This document shows, piece after piece, positions 35,185 through 45,052 of a stretch of 64,000 bases of DNA. The notes beneath the pieces are model-generated. The model made no database searches, was not told where the DNA came from, and saw only the letters and a list, made by a program, of their open reading frames with translations. Location of the stretch: the NCBI GenBank assembly GCA_944389155.1, contig CALXLI010000004.1:758-64757 (forward strand), given 5' to 3'. Source of the stretch: an uncultured Spirochaetaceae bacterium (lineage in GTDB: Bacteria > Spirochaetota > Spirochaetia > Sphaerochaetales > Sphaerochaetaceae). Position 1 is the stretch's first letter, and the number at the start of each line of letters is the position of its first letter. The position numbers and the translations under genes were made by a program.

Positions 35185-35631
35185 ATGGCACACGATGTAA
35201 CAAGATACAATGATAGGAATGGAAGAAGGGACCTATCCCTGTTTGATGATTTCTTCGATTCAATGCTTGGAGCTTGGGACAACTACTCTGCCAGGGTTCC
35301 TGCTGTGGATATCGAAGAGACCCCTGAGAACTATACTATAAAGGCAGAGATGCCTGGATTCAGCGAGAACAATGTGAAGATCACTGTTGATAAGCATGTT
35401 CTCCACATCTCAGGAACAGTTGATGAGACTGAGAAGGAAAAGGACAGGGATGGCAGGAAGTATCTTATAAAGGAGAGACGCCATGAATCCTTTGAAAGGT
35501 CGTTCAGTCTTCCTGATGGCCTTGATGAAAGCGCGATAAGCGCAGATTTCAAGAATGGTGTACTTGAGATCACGCTGCCTAAGACACCTGAAGAGAAGCC
35601 AAGGCAGATTGAAGTGAAGATCGGCAAGTAA
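35185..35631 (+). CDS. Small heat-shock protein, Hsp20/alpha-crystallin family
   Basis: Alpha-crystallin domain blocks (VDIEETPENYTIKAEMPGF, ERSFSLPDGLD, ADFKNGVLEITLPK). AAGGAGG lies 7 nt upstream of the ATG. Confidence 0.92.
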   Translation: MAHDVTRYNDRNGRRDLSLFDDFFDSMLGAWDNYSARVPAVDIEETPENYTIKAEMPGFSENNVKITVDKHVLHISGTVDETEKEKDRDGRKYLIKERRHESFERSFSLPDGLDESAISADFKNGVLEITLPKTPEEKPRQIEVKIGK

Positions 35632-35635
35632 ACAG

Positions 35636-35662
35636 AAAAAGGCAGGAGCGATCCTGCCTTTT
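35636..35662. terminator. Bidirectional Rho-independent terminator shared by hsp20 (+) and rpmE (-)
   Basis: AAAAA-GGCAGGA-GCGA-TCCTGCC-TTTT. Confidence 0.75.
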
Positions 35663-35680
35663 CCTTTGAGATTGCGGAAC

Positions 35681-35890
35681 TTAGTTATTTGATGTTCTGT
35701 TGTATCTCTTATTGAAGCGCTCAACACGGCCTGTTGTATCAACAAGCTTCTGAGTGCCTGTGAAGAATGGATGGCATGCTGAGCAGATTTCAACATGCAG
35801 GTTCTTCGCTGTGGACTTTGTCTTGATCACATTGCCGCAAGAGCAATGGATTTCCTGTAGAGTATACTCAGGGTGGATATTCTTCTTCAT
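35681..35890 (-). CDS. rpmE: 50S ribosomal protein L31 (Zn-ribbon type)
   Basis: [20 protein letters not shown]...[10 protein letters not shown]. Confidence 0.95.
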   Translation of the reverse strand: MKKNIHPEYTLQEIHCSCGNVIKTKSTAKNLHVEICSACHPFFTGTQKLVDTTGRVERFNKRYNRTSNN

Positions 35891-35940
35891 CTTTCTCCTC
35901 CGATATATGCAATATTGCCTGCTTTCACAGACAAGGGATT

Positions 35941-37785
35941 TCAGACTATCCTGGCCGGTGCATTCATCGACTCAAGGAACTCCTTATTGTTGTTTGTTTT
36001 CCGCATCTTGTCAATCACACTTACTGACATATCCATATCATCAAGGTTGCCAAACGCAGTGCGCAGCAGATAGACACGTGATCTTACATCCTCGGAGAGA
36101 AGCAGATCATCCCTTCTTGTTCCTGACTTCTTTATATTTATAGCCGGGAATTTCCTGTTATCTGCCATCTTCCGGTCAAGTATGATCTCATTGTTTCCAG
36201 TGCCCTTGAACTCTTCGAAGATAACCTCATCCATCCTTGATCCAGTTTCAATCAATGCTGTTGATATGATCGTCAGGGAACCACCCTCTTCTATGTTCCT
36301 TGCAGCGCCGAAGAATCTCTTTGGCTTATGCAGGGCGTTGGAATCAACACCGCCGGAAAGGATCTTTCCTGAAGCAGGCACTGTCTGGTTATATGCCCTG
36401 GCAAGCCTTGTGATTGAATCAAGAAGGATAACTACATCCTTTTTGTACTCAACAAGCCTCTTTGCCCTCTCTATGACCATCTCCGCAACCTGTACGTGAT
36501 GCTGGGCCTGCTCATCGAATGTGCTTGCTATTACCTCACCCTTTACATTGCGGGACATATCCGTAACCTCTTCAGGTCTCTCATCGACAAGAAGGACAAT
36601 CAGCGTGACCTCAGGATGATTGGCGGTAATCGCATTTGCGATCTTCTGCATCAGCACTGTCTTACCTGTCCGAGGTGGAGCTACTATCAGGGAGCGCTGG
36701 CCTTTTCCTATAGGACAGAAGAGATCAACCACACGTGTTGATAAGTCAGTAGCGCTCGATGAATCAAGGATAGTCTCAAGCCTGAGGCGCTCATCTGGGA
36801 ATATCGGGGTAAGAGAATCGAAAGGAGCACGGATCTTAGCCATCTTCGGTTCCTCGCCATTCACCTGAAGCACTCTTATGACAGCAGCGCTCTTCTCTCC
36901 TTCCCTAGGAGCTCTGATCTGACCGAAGATGAAGTCCCCTGTCTTAAGGCCGACAGCCTTGATTATCGATGCAGATATATACACATCCTCAGTTCCCGCA
37001 AGATAATTGTTGACCGCATAGCGTACATAGCCGAAACTGCCATCCTGCAGCACCTCAAGGACACCTTCTACGAAAAGCGCACCACCGGAAGCGGAATGAA
37101 GGCGAAGCATCTTCGCAATCAGGTCCTGCTTGCGGCAATCGAGGATCACATCCTCAGGAATCCCAACCTCCCTGGCCCTATCCCTGAGCTGATCGAGGTG
37201 CAGGGCAGTGAGCACGGAGATATAAAGACGCGGTGCATCTGGATGCTCATCTATATTGATCTCAGGAGGGAGCTCCTCAACAGGCCTTCTGTTCTTGCCG
37301 TTCTTCATCCTCTTATCGCGATGGGAACGGAAATCCCTTTCTGCCCTATCTCCTGCAGGCTTTGCCTCCTCAGACTCTGCTGATTCTTCCACATCAGATT
37401 CAGGCGCAGCATCCGCGCTCTGTGTTTCGACAACGCCTGGTGCCATATCCTCTGGGATTATGGCAGAAGAAGCATCACTGCTATCAGCGCTTGCAGCTTC
37501 TGGCTCTTCGGGGACAGAAACTATTTCAGGCACTTCCGCAGCAGGAGCCTGCAGCTCTTCGCTCTCTTTTTCAGTGCTTGGATCCTCGGCTGGGATTTCT
37601 TCTTCATTCCTTGACTTGCGAACAGTGACACGGGTCCGCTTCTTTATTGTTATCTTACGCTTTGGACTGCTCTCGCCTGCAGCTTTAGGCTTTCTGCCCC
37701 TATGAGGCTTCGCTACAGCTTCTGCAGCTTCCTCGAGGACGGGCGCAGATGGCACACCATCATTTTCGTCAATGTAATCTGACAT
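35941..37785 (-). CDS. rho: Transcription termination factor Rho with a ~185-aa N-terminal low-complexity extension
   Basis: Canonical core: RNA-binding OB ([10 protein letters not shown]), Walker A PPRTGKT, and the LVDERPEEV and ATQ/R-loop blocks. Residues 1-185 are Lys/Arg- then Glu/Ala/Ser/Pro-rich. Confidence 0.95.
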   Translation of the reverse strand: MSDYIDENDGVPSAPVLEEAAEAVAKPHRGRKPKAAGESSPKRKITIKKRTRVTVRKSRNEEEIPAEDPSTEKESEELQAPAAEVPEIVSVPEEPEAASADSSDASSAIIPEDMAPGVVETQSADAAPESDVEESAESEEAKPAGDRAERDFRSHRDKRMKNGKNRRPVEELPPEINIDEHPDAPRLYISVLTALHLDQLRDRAREVGIPEDVILDCRKQDLIAKMLRLHSASGGALFVEGVLEVLQDGSFGYVRYAVNNYLAGTEDVYISASIIKAVGLKTGDFIFGQIRAPREGEKSAAVIRVLQVNGEEPKMAKIRAPFDSLTPIFPDERLRLETILDSSSATDLSTRVVDLFCPIGKGQRSLIVAPPRTGKTVLMQKIANAITANHPEVTLIVLLVDERPEEVTDMSRNVKGEVIASTFDEQAQHHVQVAEMVIERAKRLVEYKKDVVILLDSITRLARAYNQTVPASGKILSGGVDSNALHKPKRFFGAARNIEEGGSLTIISTALIETGSRMDEVIFEEFKGTGNNEIILDRKMADNRKFPAINIKKSGTRRDDLLLSEDVRSRVYLLRTAFGNLDDMDMSVSVIDKMRKTNNNKEFLESMNAPARIV

Positions 37786-37928
37786 TAATTGCTCCAGATA
37801 TTGATTAGGTTTGTTTATTGGAAACGCCCATCAGGGCTAAATTCATAACACCTGCATATTATTACCAACGGTGATGCAAGTCAACGCCCCTGCACCCCGT
37901 TTGGAAAAACCTCTCAAAGAGGCCTGCA

Positions 37929-39167
37929 TCATATATAATTCCAGCTCTCTGCTATTTGCTTTATATCAGCTCCATCAATATATGCAGAGAGGAGAAGAAG
38001 CGCTGTGGTTGCTGCCTTGCGCCTTATAGAAGCCCTTCCCCAGGAAGAATATCTGAAAAGAAGCGCTGTGCTTTCCCTGCCACGTCCTGCAAAGCCAATA
38101 TAAACAGTGCCGACATCCTTCCCTTCATCCTTATCAGGACCGGCAACGCCTGTCACGGAGATTGCGTAATCGGATGAGGTAAGATTCCGTACCCCTTCGG
38201 CCATGGCAAGAGCACACTCATATGAGACAGTGCCTTTCCCGCTTATTATCCCGGAACTTACAGAAAGCACATCCCTCTTTACAGAAGGAGCATAGCCCGT
38301 GACTGATCCAAGCATATACCCAGATGCACCGCTTCTCTCTGTAAGGAGAGTTGAGATAAGGCCTCCTGTACAGCTTTCTGCTACAGATACAGTTGCTTTG
38401 TTCTTCTTCAGGGCATTGATTGCAAGAGAAAGGGCATCGGTATTTCCATCGACGAGACGCATCATGCCAACCTTATCCTTCAGCTTCCTTACGCTTTCAT
38501 CGCGTTCAGCCTTGCTCTTACCCGATACATACAATGAAATCCTGTAATCCTGGAACCTTGTACCCCAGTCCAAGGTCGGATCGACTTCCTCGCAGAGCTC
38601 CTCAAGCTTCGCCTCTGCTGTTATGAATGAGGTATATTCATCCCTTTCACACTCAGGAAGATCAAGCTTCTCACGCAGAAGCGGAAGCACTGTATCATAG
38701 AACATAGGAGTCATCTCCCGAGGCGGTCCTGGAAGAGATACAAGAAGCGTTCCCTTGCCATAGCCATAGAAGCCAGGGGCTGTTCCGTTCCTGTTCTCTA
38801 TGATTGAAAAACCATGGGGGATCAGGGCCTGCCGCTCGTTTGCGCCATATGCTTTATCACCAAGCTTTGACAGAAGGAAAGCCCAAGCCTCTTCGTTCTT
38901 CTCAAGCTCTGCTCCTGCAGCCTCTGCAATGACAGGACGTGTCATATCATCAGAGGTAGGCCCAAGGCCTCCTGTTATGATGACAACATCGCTTGAACGC
39001 ATTACAGCTTCCAGTATCTTCTCGATACTCCCATCGTCTGGGACTATTACGATTTCGGAGACGTGGATGCCAAGATGAGTAAGCTCCTTGGACATCAAGG
39101 AACCATGGCTATCCTGGATTATTCCACGCGTAAGCTCAGTTCCGATGATTATAAAACTTGCATTCAC
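37929..39167 (-). CDS. cinA: CinA family protein (MoCF-binding domain plus nicotinamide-nucleotide amidohydrolase PncC domain)
   Basis: N-terminal IIIGTELTRGIIQDSHG, GGLGPTSDD, and C-terminal VAESCTGGL. Confidence 0.9.
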   Translation of the reverse strand: MNASFIIIGTELTRGIIQDSHGSLMSKELTHLGIHVSEIVIVPDDGSIEKILEAVMRSSDVVIITGGLGPTSDDMTRPVIAEAAGAELEKNEEAWAFLLSKLGDKAYGANERQALIPHGFSIIENRNGTAPGFYGYGKGTLLVSLPGPPREMTPMFYDTVLPLLREKLDLPECERDEYTSFITAEAKLEELCEEVDPTLDWGTRFQDYRISLYVSGKSKAERDESVRKLKDKVGMMRLVDGNTDALSLAINALKKNKATVSVAESCTGGLISTLLTERSGASGYMLGSVTGYAPSVKRDVLSVSSGIISGKGTVSYECALAMAEGVRNLTSSDYAISVTGVAGPDKDEGKDVGTVYIGFAGRGRESTALLFRYSSWGRASIRRKAATTALLLLSAYIDGADIKQIAESWNYI

Positions 39168-40840
39168 TTTCTTTTCCTTACAGCCTCAGCAATCTTCAGG
39201 ACTGCACCGATTGCAAGCAGAGCCTCTGATGCATAGATAGCAATATAGGCAAACAGGTTTGGATGCTGGACAAAGAATGTATCCTGATTGCTCTCATGTG
39301 TATATACAGGTACATTGTAGAGCTTCCAGCCCATTGCAAACGGAGTCATAGGATCATGAATGGTTCCTTCCGGGGTAATAAGGCAGGTAATCCCGCTGTT
39401 TGTCCCCCTTATCGTGGACTTCCTCGTCTCGATGCTCCTGAATGATGCCATAGCCGCATGCTGCATCTCTGCAGATACCCTCTTCGACCAGTTGTCATTC
39501 GACATGTTGACGATGACATCAGCCCCATTCGCGACAAAGCCTGCGCTGATATCTGCAAAAGTATCCTCAAAGCAGATCGGTGTCGAGAACCTCACCCCAT
39601 CAGCTTCAAATACAACAGGCTCATCTCCCTGTTCCCACCAGTTATAATCATTGGCCAGAAGGAGATTGTAAAGCCATGGCAGCTCCTCTTCATATGGGAA
39701 ATGCTCTGTAAAAGGCACAAGATGCTGCTTGCGGTAAGTCTCCTTGATCTCTCCATCATCAAAGAGGATTACCGTATTATAATCCGTCCTGTTTGTTGAA
39801 CCATTTTCCAGAATAGGAGGAAGGGATGGATCCTTGATGACTCCCTCCGGGTTTCCTGTTACAAGAGGAACACCAAGATTCGATGCAAAGGAGACAAACT
39901 CGTCAACCATCCGCGCAGTCGCTTCATAGCCGGAGCCCTCTACAGAATACTTTGTATGCCATGCGATTGAAGGAATGAACGCTGTCTCACTCCAGATTAC
40001 AATATCAGGCTCTGACTGGGACATAGCTTCAAGCGTAAGCCGTCTGAGATTGTTGAAGTTATGGAGATAGGTAGTATATCCACCTTGCCATGAATCGTGA
40101 TTGTGCTGTACGGCAACAACATCCCAGACTCTATCAGGCTCCTTGCTGCGCCATTCATGCACCTTGACTCCGCCATAGACCAAAGCAATAGCCATAAGGA
40201 CAATCCACAGCGAAACAAGGATGATATTCTTCTTGATGTATATGGCAAACGATGGTGCCTTGCTGTTTATGAAATCAATCAGATATCGTCCAAGGAATGC
40301 CTGCGGAACAACAACAAGGAATGCAATCCCCCATATTCCGGTTATATCTGCAATCTGGGTAAGAAGCGGAACGCGATAGAACGCATATGCGATATTCCCA
40401 TAAGGGAAGCCGGCGAACCAGCTTTCGGATAAATACTCATACGCAACCCATATGATTGCCTGCACGAACCAACCTGTACGCCTGAAGAACGAATCAGCTG
40501 CCTTCAACGCAAGAAACAGCAGCATCGTCTCCAAGCCATTGATTATAGGTATCAGCAGTATCGCAAGTGCATGGAATCCTTTCAGCCAGTATGCGAAGAA
40601 TATGTAGTATACGAAGCCGAAAAGGAACCCATACCCCCATACAACCTTCCATGTTGTATTCCGTATGACTGCGAACAGCGGAATCAGCGCAAGAAAACCG
40701 ACAATCCATACACCATTGCCTGACATGAAGCCAGGAGATGCAATCGAAAGCGCGAACGCTGAAAAAAGTAAAGCAAGAACCTCAGAACCTAAAGTCCTGA
40801 GGCTTCTTCGATGCGGAAAATCAAGAAATCTATCTTCCAA
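39164..40840 (-). CDS. lnt: Apolipoprotein N-acyltransferase
   Basis: A polytopic N-half, then a CN-hydrolase domain with VIWSETAF (Glu), YRKQHLVPFTE (Lys) and TPICFEDTF (Cys). Confidence 0.88.
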   Translation of the reverse strand: MEDRFLDFPHRRSLRTLGSEVLALLFSAFALSIASPGFMSGNGVWIVGFLALIPLFAVIRNTTWKVVWGYGFLFGFVYYIFFAYWLKGFHALAILLIPIINGLETMLLFLALKAADSFFRRTGWFVQAIIWVAYEYLSESWFAGFPYGNIAYAFYRVPLLTQIADITGIWGIAFLVVVPQAFLGRYLIDFINSKAPSFAIYIKKNIILVSLWIVLMAIALVYGGVKVHEWRSKEPDRVWDVVAVQHNHDSWQGGYTTYLHNFNNLRRLTLEAMSQSEPDIVIWSETAFIPSIAWHTKYSVEGSGYEATARMVDEFVSFASNLGVPLVTGNPEGVIKDPSLPPILENGSTNRTDYNTVILFDDGEIKETYRKQHLVPFTEHFPYEEELPWLYNLLLANDYNWWEQGDEPVVFEADGVRFSTPICFEDTFADISAGFVANGADVIVNMSNDNWSKRVSAEMQHAAMASFRSIETRKSTIRGTNSGITCLITPEGTIHDPMTPFAMGWKLYNVPVYTHESNQDTFFVQHPNLFAYIAIYASEALLAIGAVLKIAEAVRKRK

Positions 40841-40843
40841 GGT

Positions 40844-41161
40844 TTATTCCTCGTCCTTGCTATCTGTTGTGATATCCCAAACGAAATCCTTGAGTTCCTT
40901 ACCTGCCCTGAAGAGTGCAACGCCATGCCTATCAACAGACACGACATCACCTGTCTTAGGATTGCGGGCTTTTTCCCTGCCCTTCCTGATACGGACCTCA
41001 AATGTTCCGAAACCGCGCAGCTCAATCACACGGTTATCCTTGAGTCCATCCTTGATCTCCTCAAACAGCTCATCTATGACCTGATGGATATCCGTTCGAT
41101 TAAGGCCCAGCTTCTGATGAATATTCTCAATGATAGTGGCCTTTGTCAGTTTCTGATCCAT
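40844..41161 (-). CDS. HU/IHF-family DNA-binding protein
   Basis: 105 aa with GFGTFEVRIRKGREKARNPKTGDVV, the arm typical of HU/IHF. Confidence 0.88.
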   Translation of the reverse strand: MDQKLTKATIIENIHQKLGLNRTDIHQVIDELFEEIKDGLKDNRVIELRGFGTFEVRIRKGREKARNPKTGDVVSVDRHGVALFRAGKELKDFVWDITTDSKDEE

Positions 41162-41187
41162 GTTAATCTCCCTAAAAGACAGATCAA

Positions 41188-41448
41188 TCAGACCATCTTA
41201 TGATATGCGTGTGCGAGTCTGCTCTTCTTCCTTGCAGCTGTATTTCTGTGAATGATGCCCTTTCCTGAAACTTTATCAAGAAGCTTGCAGCTGAGAGCCA
41301 TTGCTTTCTCGGCCTCTGCCTTGTCACCTGCTGCCACTGCAGCGTTGAACTTCTTAATAGCTGTACGCATCGTGCTCTTTGCTGCGCGGTTGCGAAGGCG
41401 GCGCTTTAATTCCTGACGCTCTCTCTTCTTTGCGGACTGATTAGACAT
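41188..41448 (-). CDS. rpsT: 30S ribosomal protein S20
   Basis: MSNQSAKKRERQELKRRLRNRAAKSTMRTAIKKF. Confidence 0.93.
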   Translation of the reverse strand: MSNQSAKKRERQELKRRLRNRAAKSTMRTAIKKFNAAVAAGDKAEAEKAMALSCKLLDKVSGKGIIHRNTAARKKSRLAHAYHKMV

Positions 41449-41619
41449 TTATTCCTCCAAACATTTCCATTAAATGAAGTTATTACAATCAAACAGCTGT
41501 CAAAGCATGACAGCGATTAAAGAAGTTATCATAAAGAGAATTTGTAGTCAACACTTTGCCATGCAATGTTTTACCACCACGCTGTGGATATTCTTGGCAA
41601 TCAGGTGCAAAGCTGTATG

Positions 41620-42666
41620 TCACTCAGCTGAGAACAACTCCTCCTGATACTCTTCTGAAAGCTCCCAATAACCGGTACCGCTGTTGAAGCTTACCTCATC
41701 TGCAGGCACTGTGAGAGTACGTCCTTCACTTGCCATGAGAGTGATTGTGTGGGAAAGGATGTTGATTTCCGTGACACGCCATAGCTCATGTTCTATCTTT
41801 ATCCTTGTTCCTTCAGGTGGGCATGAGGCCTTCTCTTCCATGTAATAGTCATACTCATATGCAAGGCAGCACAGCAGACGGCCGCATGGACCGGAGATCT
41901 TCATGCTGTTAAGGGATAGATTCTGCTCCTTTGCCATCTTTATGGTGACAGGATCCATCTCCTTTGTCATTGCATGGCAGCAATAGTCCCTGCCACAGAC
42001 GGAAAGGCCTCCGATAAGTCTCGATTCATCCCTTACGCCTATCTGCCTGAGCTCTATCCTCATACGGAAGACAGCAACAAGATCCTTTACAAGCTCCCTG
42101 AAATCAACCCTCTGCTCTGCGGTGAAGAAGAAAATGACCTTGGGCTCGCCCAAAAGGAAGTGCGTCGTAACAAGCTTCATGTCAAGGCCATGTTTCTTTA
42201 TCTTCTCACGGCATATCCTTATAGCATACTCTTCCTTTTCAGCATTCTCTGCATATCTTGCCATCTCTGAAGGCGTTGCAAGATGATCTATCCATGTGAC
42301 ATCGCCATCAACCTTCATCTTCTCAGGCTCTTTGGAAATCTGGCAGTGCATGCAGGAATTGCATTGATGCTCATTTTCATCTGCACTGTAGGAGTCACTC
42401 TCCTCCTCATCACCGAAATGGAGGCAGGCACCGGTAACAGAACTGCAGCCTGGGACATAAACAGAGTTCGGTTTTGGAGCAGCTCCAATGACAACGCCAA
42501 GATCAAGGCCGAACCTTGTCTCGTACATTATAGGAGTGCCTCCATAAAGAACGCTGTCCCATGCACAGAGGGAAATATCATTGGATGCAGGGTTCTTTAC
42601 AACATAGACATATGCATAATCATCGCTCTGTTCGCTTTTCTGCTTCATACTATTCGAAGCTAACAC
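41620..42666 (-). CDS. PSP1-domain protein (YaaT/RicT-like) with a Cys-rich acidic insert
   Basis: PSP1 core: HGLDMKLVTTHFLLGEPKVIFFFTAEQRVDFRELVKDLVAVFRMRIELRQIGVRDE...GRDYCC...GRLLCCL. Confidence 0.8.
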   Translation of the reverse strand: MLASNSMKQKSEQSDDYAYVYVVKNPASNDISLCAWDSVLYGGTPIMYETRFGLDLGVVIGAAPKPNSVYVPGCSSVTGACLHFGDEEESDSYSADENEHQCNSCMHCQISKEPEKMKVDGDVTWIDHLATPSEMARYAENAEKEEYAIRICREKIKKHGLDMKLVTTHFLLGEPKVIFFFTAEQRVDFRELVKDLVAVFRMRIELRQIGVRDESRLIGGLSVCGRDYCCHAMTKEMDPVTIKMAKEQNLSLNSMKISGPCGRLLCCLAYEYDYYMEEKASCPPEGTRIKIEHELWRVTEINILSHTITLMASEGRTLTVPADEVSFNSGTGYWELSEEYQEELFSAE

Positions 42667-42707
42667 GTAGGTGGCAAATTAGCAAGAGATAGGATACCAT
42701 CCGAGAC

Positions 42708-43667
42708 ATGAGAGAATGTGCAAAGAATATCGTAGGGCCGCTTATGCTCGCTCCACTTGCAGGATACACAGACAAGGCTTTCCGCATGATAGCCCACGAA
42801 TGGGGCGCAGATGGTGCTGTAACTGAGATGGTAAGTGCCGAAGGCCTTGCAAGGGGCGGCGAGAAGACGGAAAAGCTTCTGGAACGATACCCTGGGGAGG
42901 AAAATCTCGTCATGCAGATATTCGCCCCATCGCATGATCCTGTAGAAAGATGCATGGACCGGCTGATTGCCCACAATCCCTCAATGATAGACATAAACTG
43001 CGGCTGTCCTGTTCCAAAAGTCGTAAAGACAGGTGCAGGTTCTGCGCTTATGAAGAATCCTGAAGAGATCGGCAGGATCGTGAAAGTGATAAGGAATGCA
43101 ACAGATATCCCGGTATCCGTGAAGTTCCGGCTTGGATGGGACAGCTCTTCGATAAACTATCTGGAGTTTGCGGATCATGCAGTGGATGCAGGCGCTTCCC
43201 TCATAACGCTTCATGCAAGGACAAGAGCACAAGGCTACTCTGGCACCGCCGACAGATCTGCGTTCAGAACGCTTAAGGAGCATTTCAAAGGCAGCGATGT
43301 CCTTGTCTATGCATCTGGCGATATCTTCAGCGCAGAAGATGCAAGGACACTCATAGAGGATTACGGAATGGATGGTGTCATGTTCGCCCGTGGAGCTATT
43401 GGGAATCCTTTCATATTCCGCATGACAAAGGAGTATCTCAGAAGCGGGAAATGCAATGAGCCTGCAATCGAGGAGAGGATAAGGACAGCGCTCCATCACC
43501 TTGAGGCAGCCGTATCTTTCTATGGTGAGAATACCGCATGCAGGGAGATGCGGAAACAGCTTATGGCATATATAAAGGGAATACCGGGTGCCAATAAAGC
43601 AAAAGCGGCAATAGGCCAGGCCGTGACTTCAGAAGAGATGGACAAGGCCCTATCCATGTTGATCTAA
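42708..43667 (+). CDS. dusB: tRNA-dihydrouridine synthase
   Basis: LAPLAGYTDKAFR, IDINCGCPVPKV and HARTR. Confidence 0.9.
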   Translation: MRECAKNIVGPLMLAPLAGYTDKAFRMIAHEWGADGAVTEMVSAEGLARGGEKTEKLLERYPGEENLVMQIFAPSHDPVERCMDRLIAHNPSMIDINCGCPVPKVVKTGAGSALMKNPEEIGRIVKVIRNATDIPVSVKFRLGWDSSSINYLEFADHAVDAGASLITLHARTRAQGYSGTADRSAFRTLKEHFKGSDVLVYASGDIFSAEDARTLIEDYGMDGVMFARGAIGNPFIFRMTKEYLRSGKCNEPAIEERIRTALHHLEAAVSFYGENTACREMRKQLMAYIKGIPGANKAKAAIGQAVTSEEMDKALSMLI

Positions 43668-43740
43668 CGGATCCATTTTTGGCGATTTCCTTTGATTTTC
43701 CAATTTCAGTGTGTTAGCGTTTAAATAAAAGGAGTCAGTT

Positions 43741-45000
43741 ATGAGGGTTTTGCTCTTAGGGTCTGGAGCTAAGGACCATGCTATCGCTTGGTGGTTCAGC
43801 AAGAGTTCTTTTCTCTCTGCCTTGTTTGTCGCTCCTGGCAATCTGGCAACACAGCGATTTGCTACGAATCTTTCAACTGTCAACATCGCAGACCCTGGTG
43901 ATGTGTACCAAGCATGCGTTGATAATAAGATAGATTTCGTATTCATAGGTACTGAGACCCCGCTGTTCACAGGTGTGGTCAAATACCTCAATGATAGGGG
44001 AATAGAGACTTTCGGAGCACCTTCAGCATCTCTGAAGATAGAAGGAAACAGAGCATTCTCAAGGGCGTTCTCCGCAAGGCATAACATACCTGTTCCCCGA
44101 GGCTCTTTCTTCTCCAGGCCAGAAGATCTTGAGAAATATCTTATCAAGCACAAGGGGGAGCAGTTCATCATAAAGAGCAACTCAGTCACTCCATCGCGCA
44201 TAATGCTCTCATCAAACGACACAGATGCATTGATGCACTTTGCAGCGACTCTCTTCCCCAAAGGAGATGTACTGCTTGAGGAGAATATAAAGGGAACACC
44301 TGCTACGTGTACCCTTCTTGTTGACAGGAATGGATATCTTGCACTTCCGGTAACAAGTGATTACATGAAGAAAAGCGCTGAAGACAACACACCAACGGGA
44401 GGAATGGGGGCAATCTGTCCTGTACCGCTTCTGGAGAAGCTCAAAGGAAAGATAAAGGAAAGGATAATAGATCCGACTCTTTACGGGATGAAGGTCGAAC
44501 AGCTGTCATACAAAGGTGTGCTGACGCTGTCCATGATGATCAGGGAAGATGGTGAACCATACCTCGTTGATTACCATGTACGCCTCAATGATCCTGCAAC
44601 ACAGGCGATGGTTCCTCTCATCAACACTGATATCATATCACTGCTGTATGCAATGCGCCATGACAGGATCAATACAATGGAGCTCAGTGTTTCAGATATG
44701 TGCACTGTCGCTGTCGTGCTCGCATCAGAAGGCTATCCATTATGCCCGAAGACAGGAAAAGAGATAAACGGAATAGATTCAAGGCTGCTTGAACCGATAC
44801 TTGACTATCCTGTCGTATTTGTCGGTGCAATACAGGACGAGGCAGGGAAAGCCATAACAACAGGAGGCAGGAACCTGACCGTAGTCGGCAAAGGCCGGAA
44901 TCTGCAGGAAGCGAACAGAAGAGCATACGACCTTATAGAAAAAAGGAAATTCCGAGGCCTCTGGTATAGAGAGGACATCGGAAATGCCTATTTCACCTAA
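43741..45000 (+). CDS. purD: Phosphoribosylamine--glycine ligase
   Basis: MRVLLLGSGAKDHAIAW, ATP-grasp blocks, and C-terminal GGRNLTVVG. Confidence 0.9.
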   Translation: MRVLLLGSGAKDHAIAWWFSKSSFLSALFVAPGNLATQRFATNLSTVNIADPGDVYQACVDNKIDFVFIGTETPLFTGVVKYLNDRGIETFGAPSASLKIEGNRAFSRAFSARHNIPVPRGSFFSRPEDLEKYLIKHKGEQFIIKSNSVTPSRIMLSSNDTDALMHFAATLFPKGDVLLEENIKGTPATCTLLVDRNGYLALPVTSDYMKKSAEDNTPTGGMGAICPVPLLEKLKGKIKERIIDPTLYGMKVEQLSYKGVLTLSMMIREDGEPYLVDYHVRLNDPATQAMVPLINTDIISLLYAMRHDRINTMELSVSDMCTVAVVLASEGYPLCPKTGKEINGIDSRLLEPILDYPVVFVGAIQDEAGKAITTGGRNLTVVGKGRNLQEANRRAYDLIEKRKFRGLWYREDIGNAYFT

Positions 45001-45001
45001 T

Positions 45002-45052
45002 CTGTCTGATATGGCCTGAACCCATGGAGGCTCAATGTCATATATCAGACAG
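45002..45052. repeat. 11-bp perfect inverted repeat CTGTCTGATAT-N29-ATATCAGACAG between the convergent purD and rlmB genes
   Basis: Read directly from the sequence. The right arm overlaps the rlmB stop codon. Possible shared terminator or processing hairpin. Confidence 0.4.

Noticed and set aside
37786-37928. The gap between cinA and rho, examined for an ncRNA or a rho autoregulatory leader.
   Set aside because: Only a weak 5-bp hairpin with a T-run is present (CCTCT-TTG-AGAGG-TTTTT on the minus strand). Nothing else can be supported from the sequence alone.
41583-41591. DnaA-box-like 9-mers (TGTGGATAT here, TGTGGATGC at 57902-57910). Together with the mnmE-mnmG-rsmG cluster, which often neighbours oriC, these raised the idea of a replication origin.
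   Set aside because: They are isolated single imperfect boxes. There is no dnaA/dnaN, no box cluster, no AT-rich unwinding element adjacent, and no obvious strand-bias switch.
41449-41619. A 171-nt gap upstream of rpsT, examined for a small RNA (SRP/6S-like) or a riboswitch.
   Set aside because: No conserved ncRNA motifs were recognised. It contains only a plausible promoter (TTGACT...) and a 6-bp hairpin (GCTGTC-N7-GACAGC), most simply a ricT terminator or an rpsT leader structure.
42650-42994. Two ORFs of about 105-114 aa antisense to the start of dusB.
   Set aside because: They overlap a well-supported dusB N-terminus and the ricT start region, and they have no motifs or RBS.
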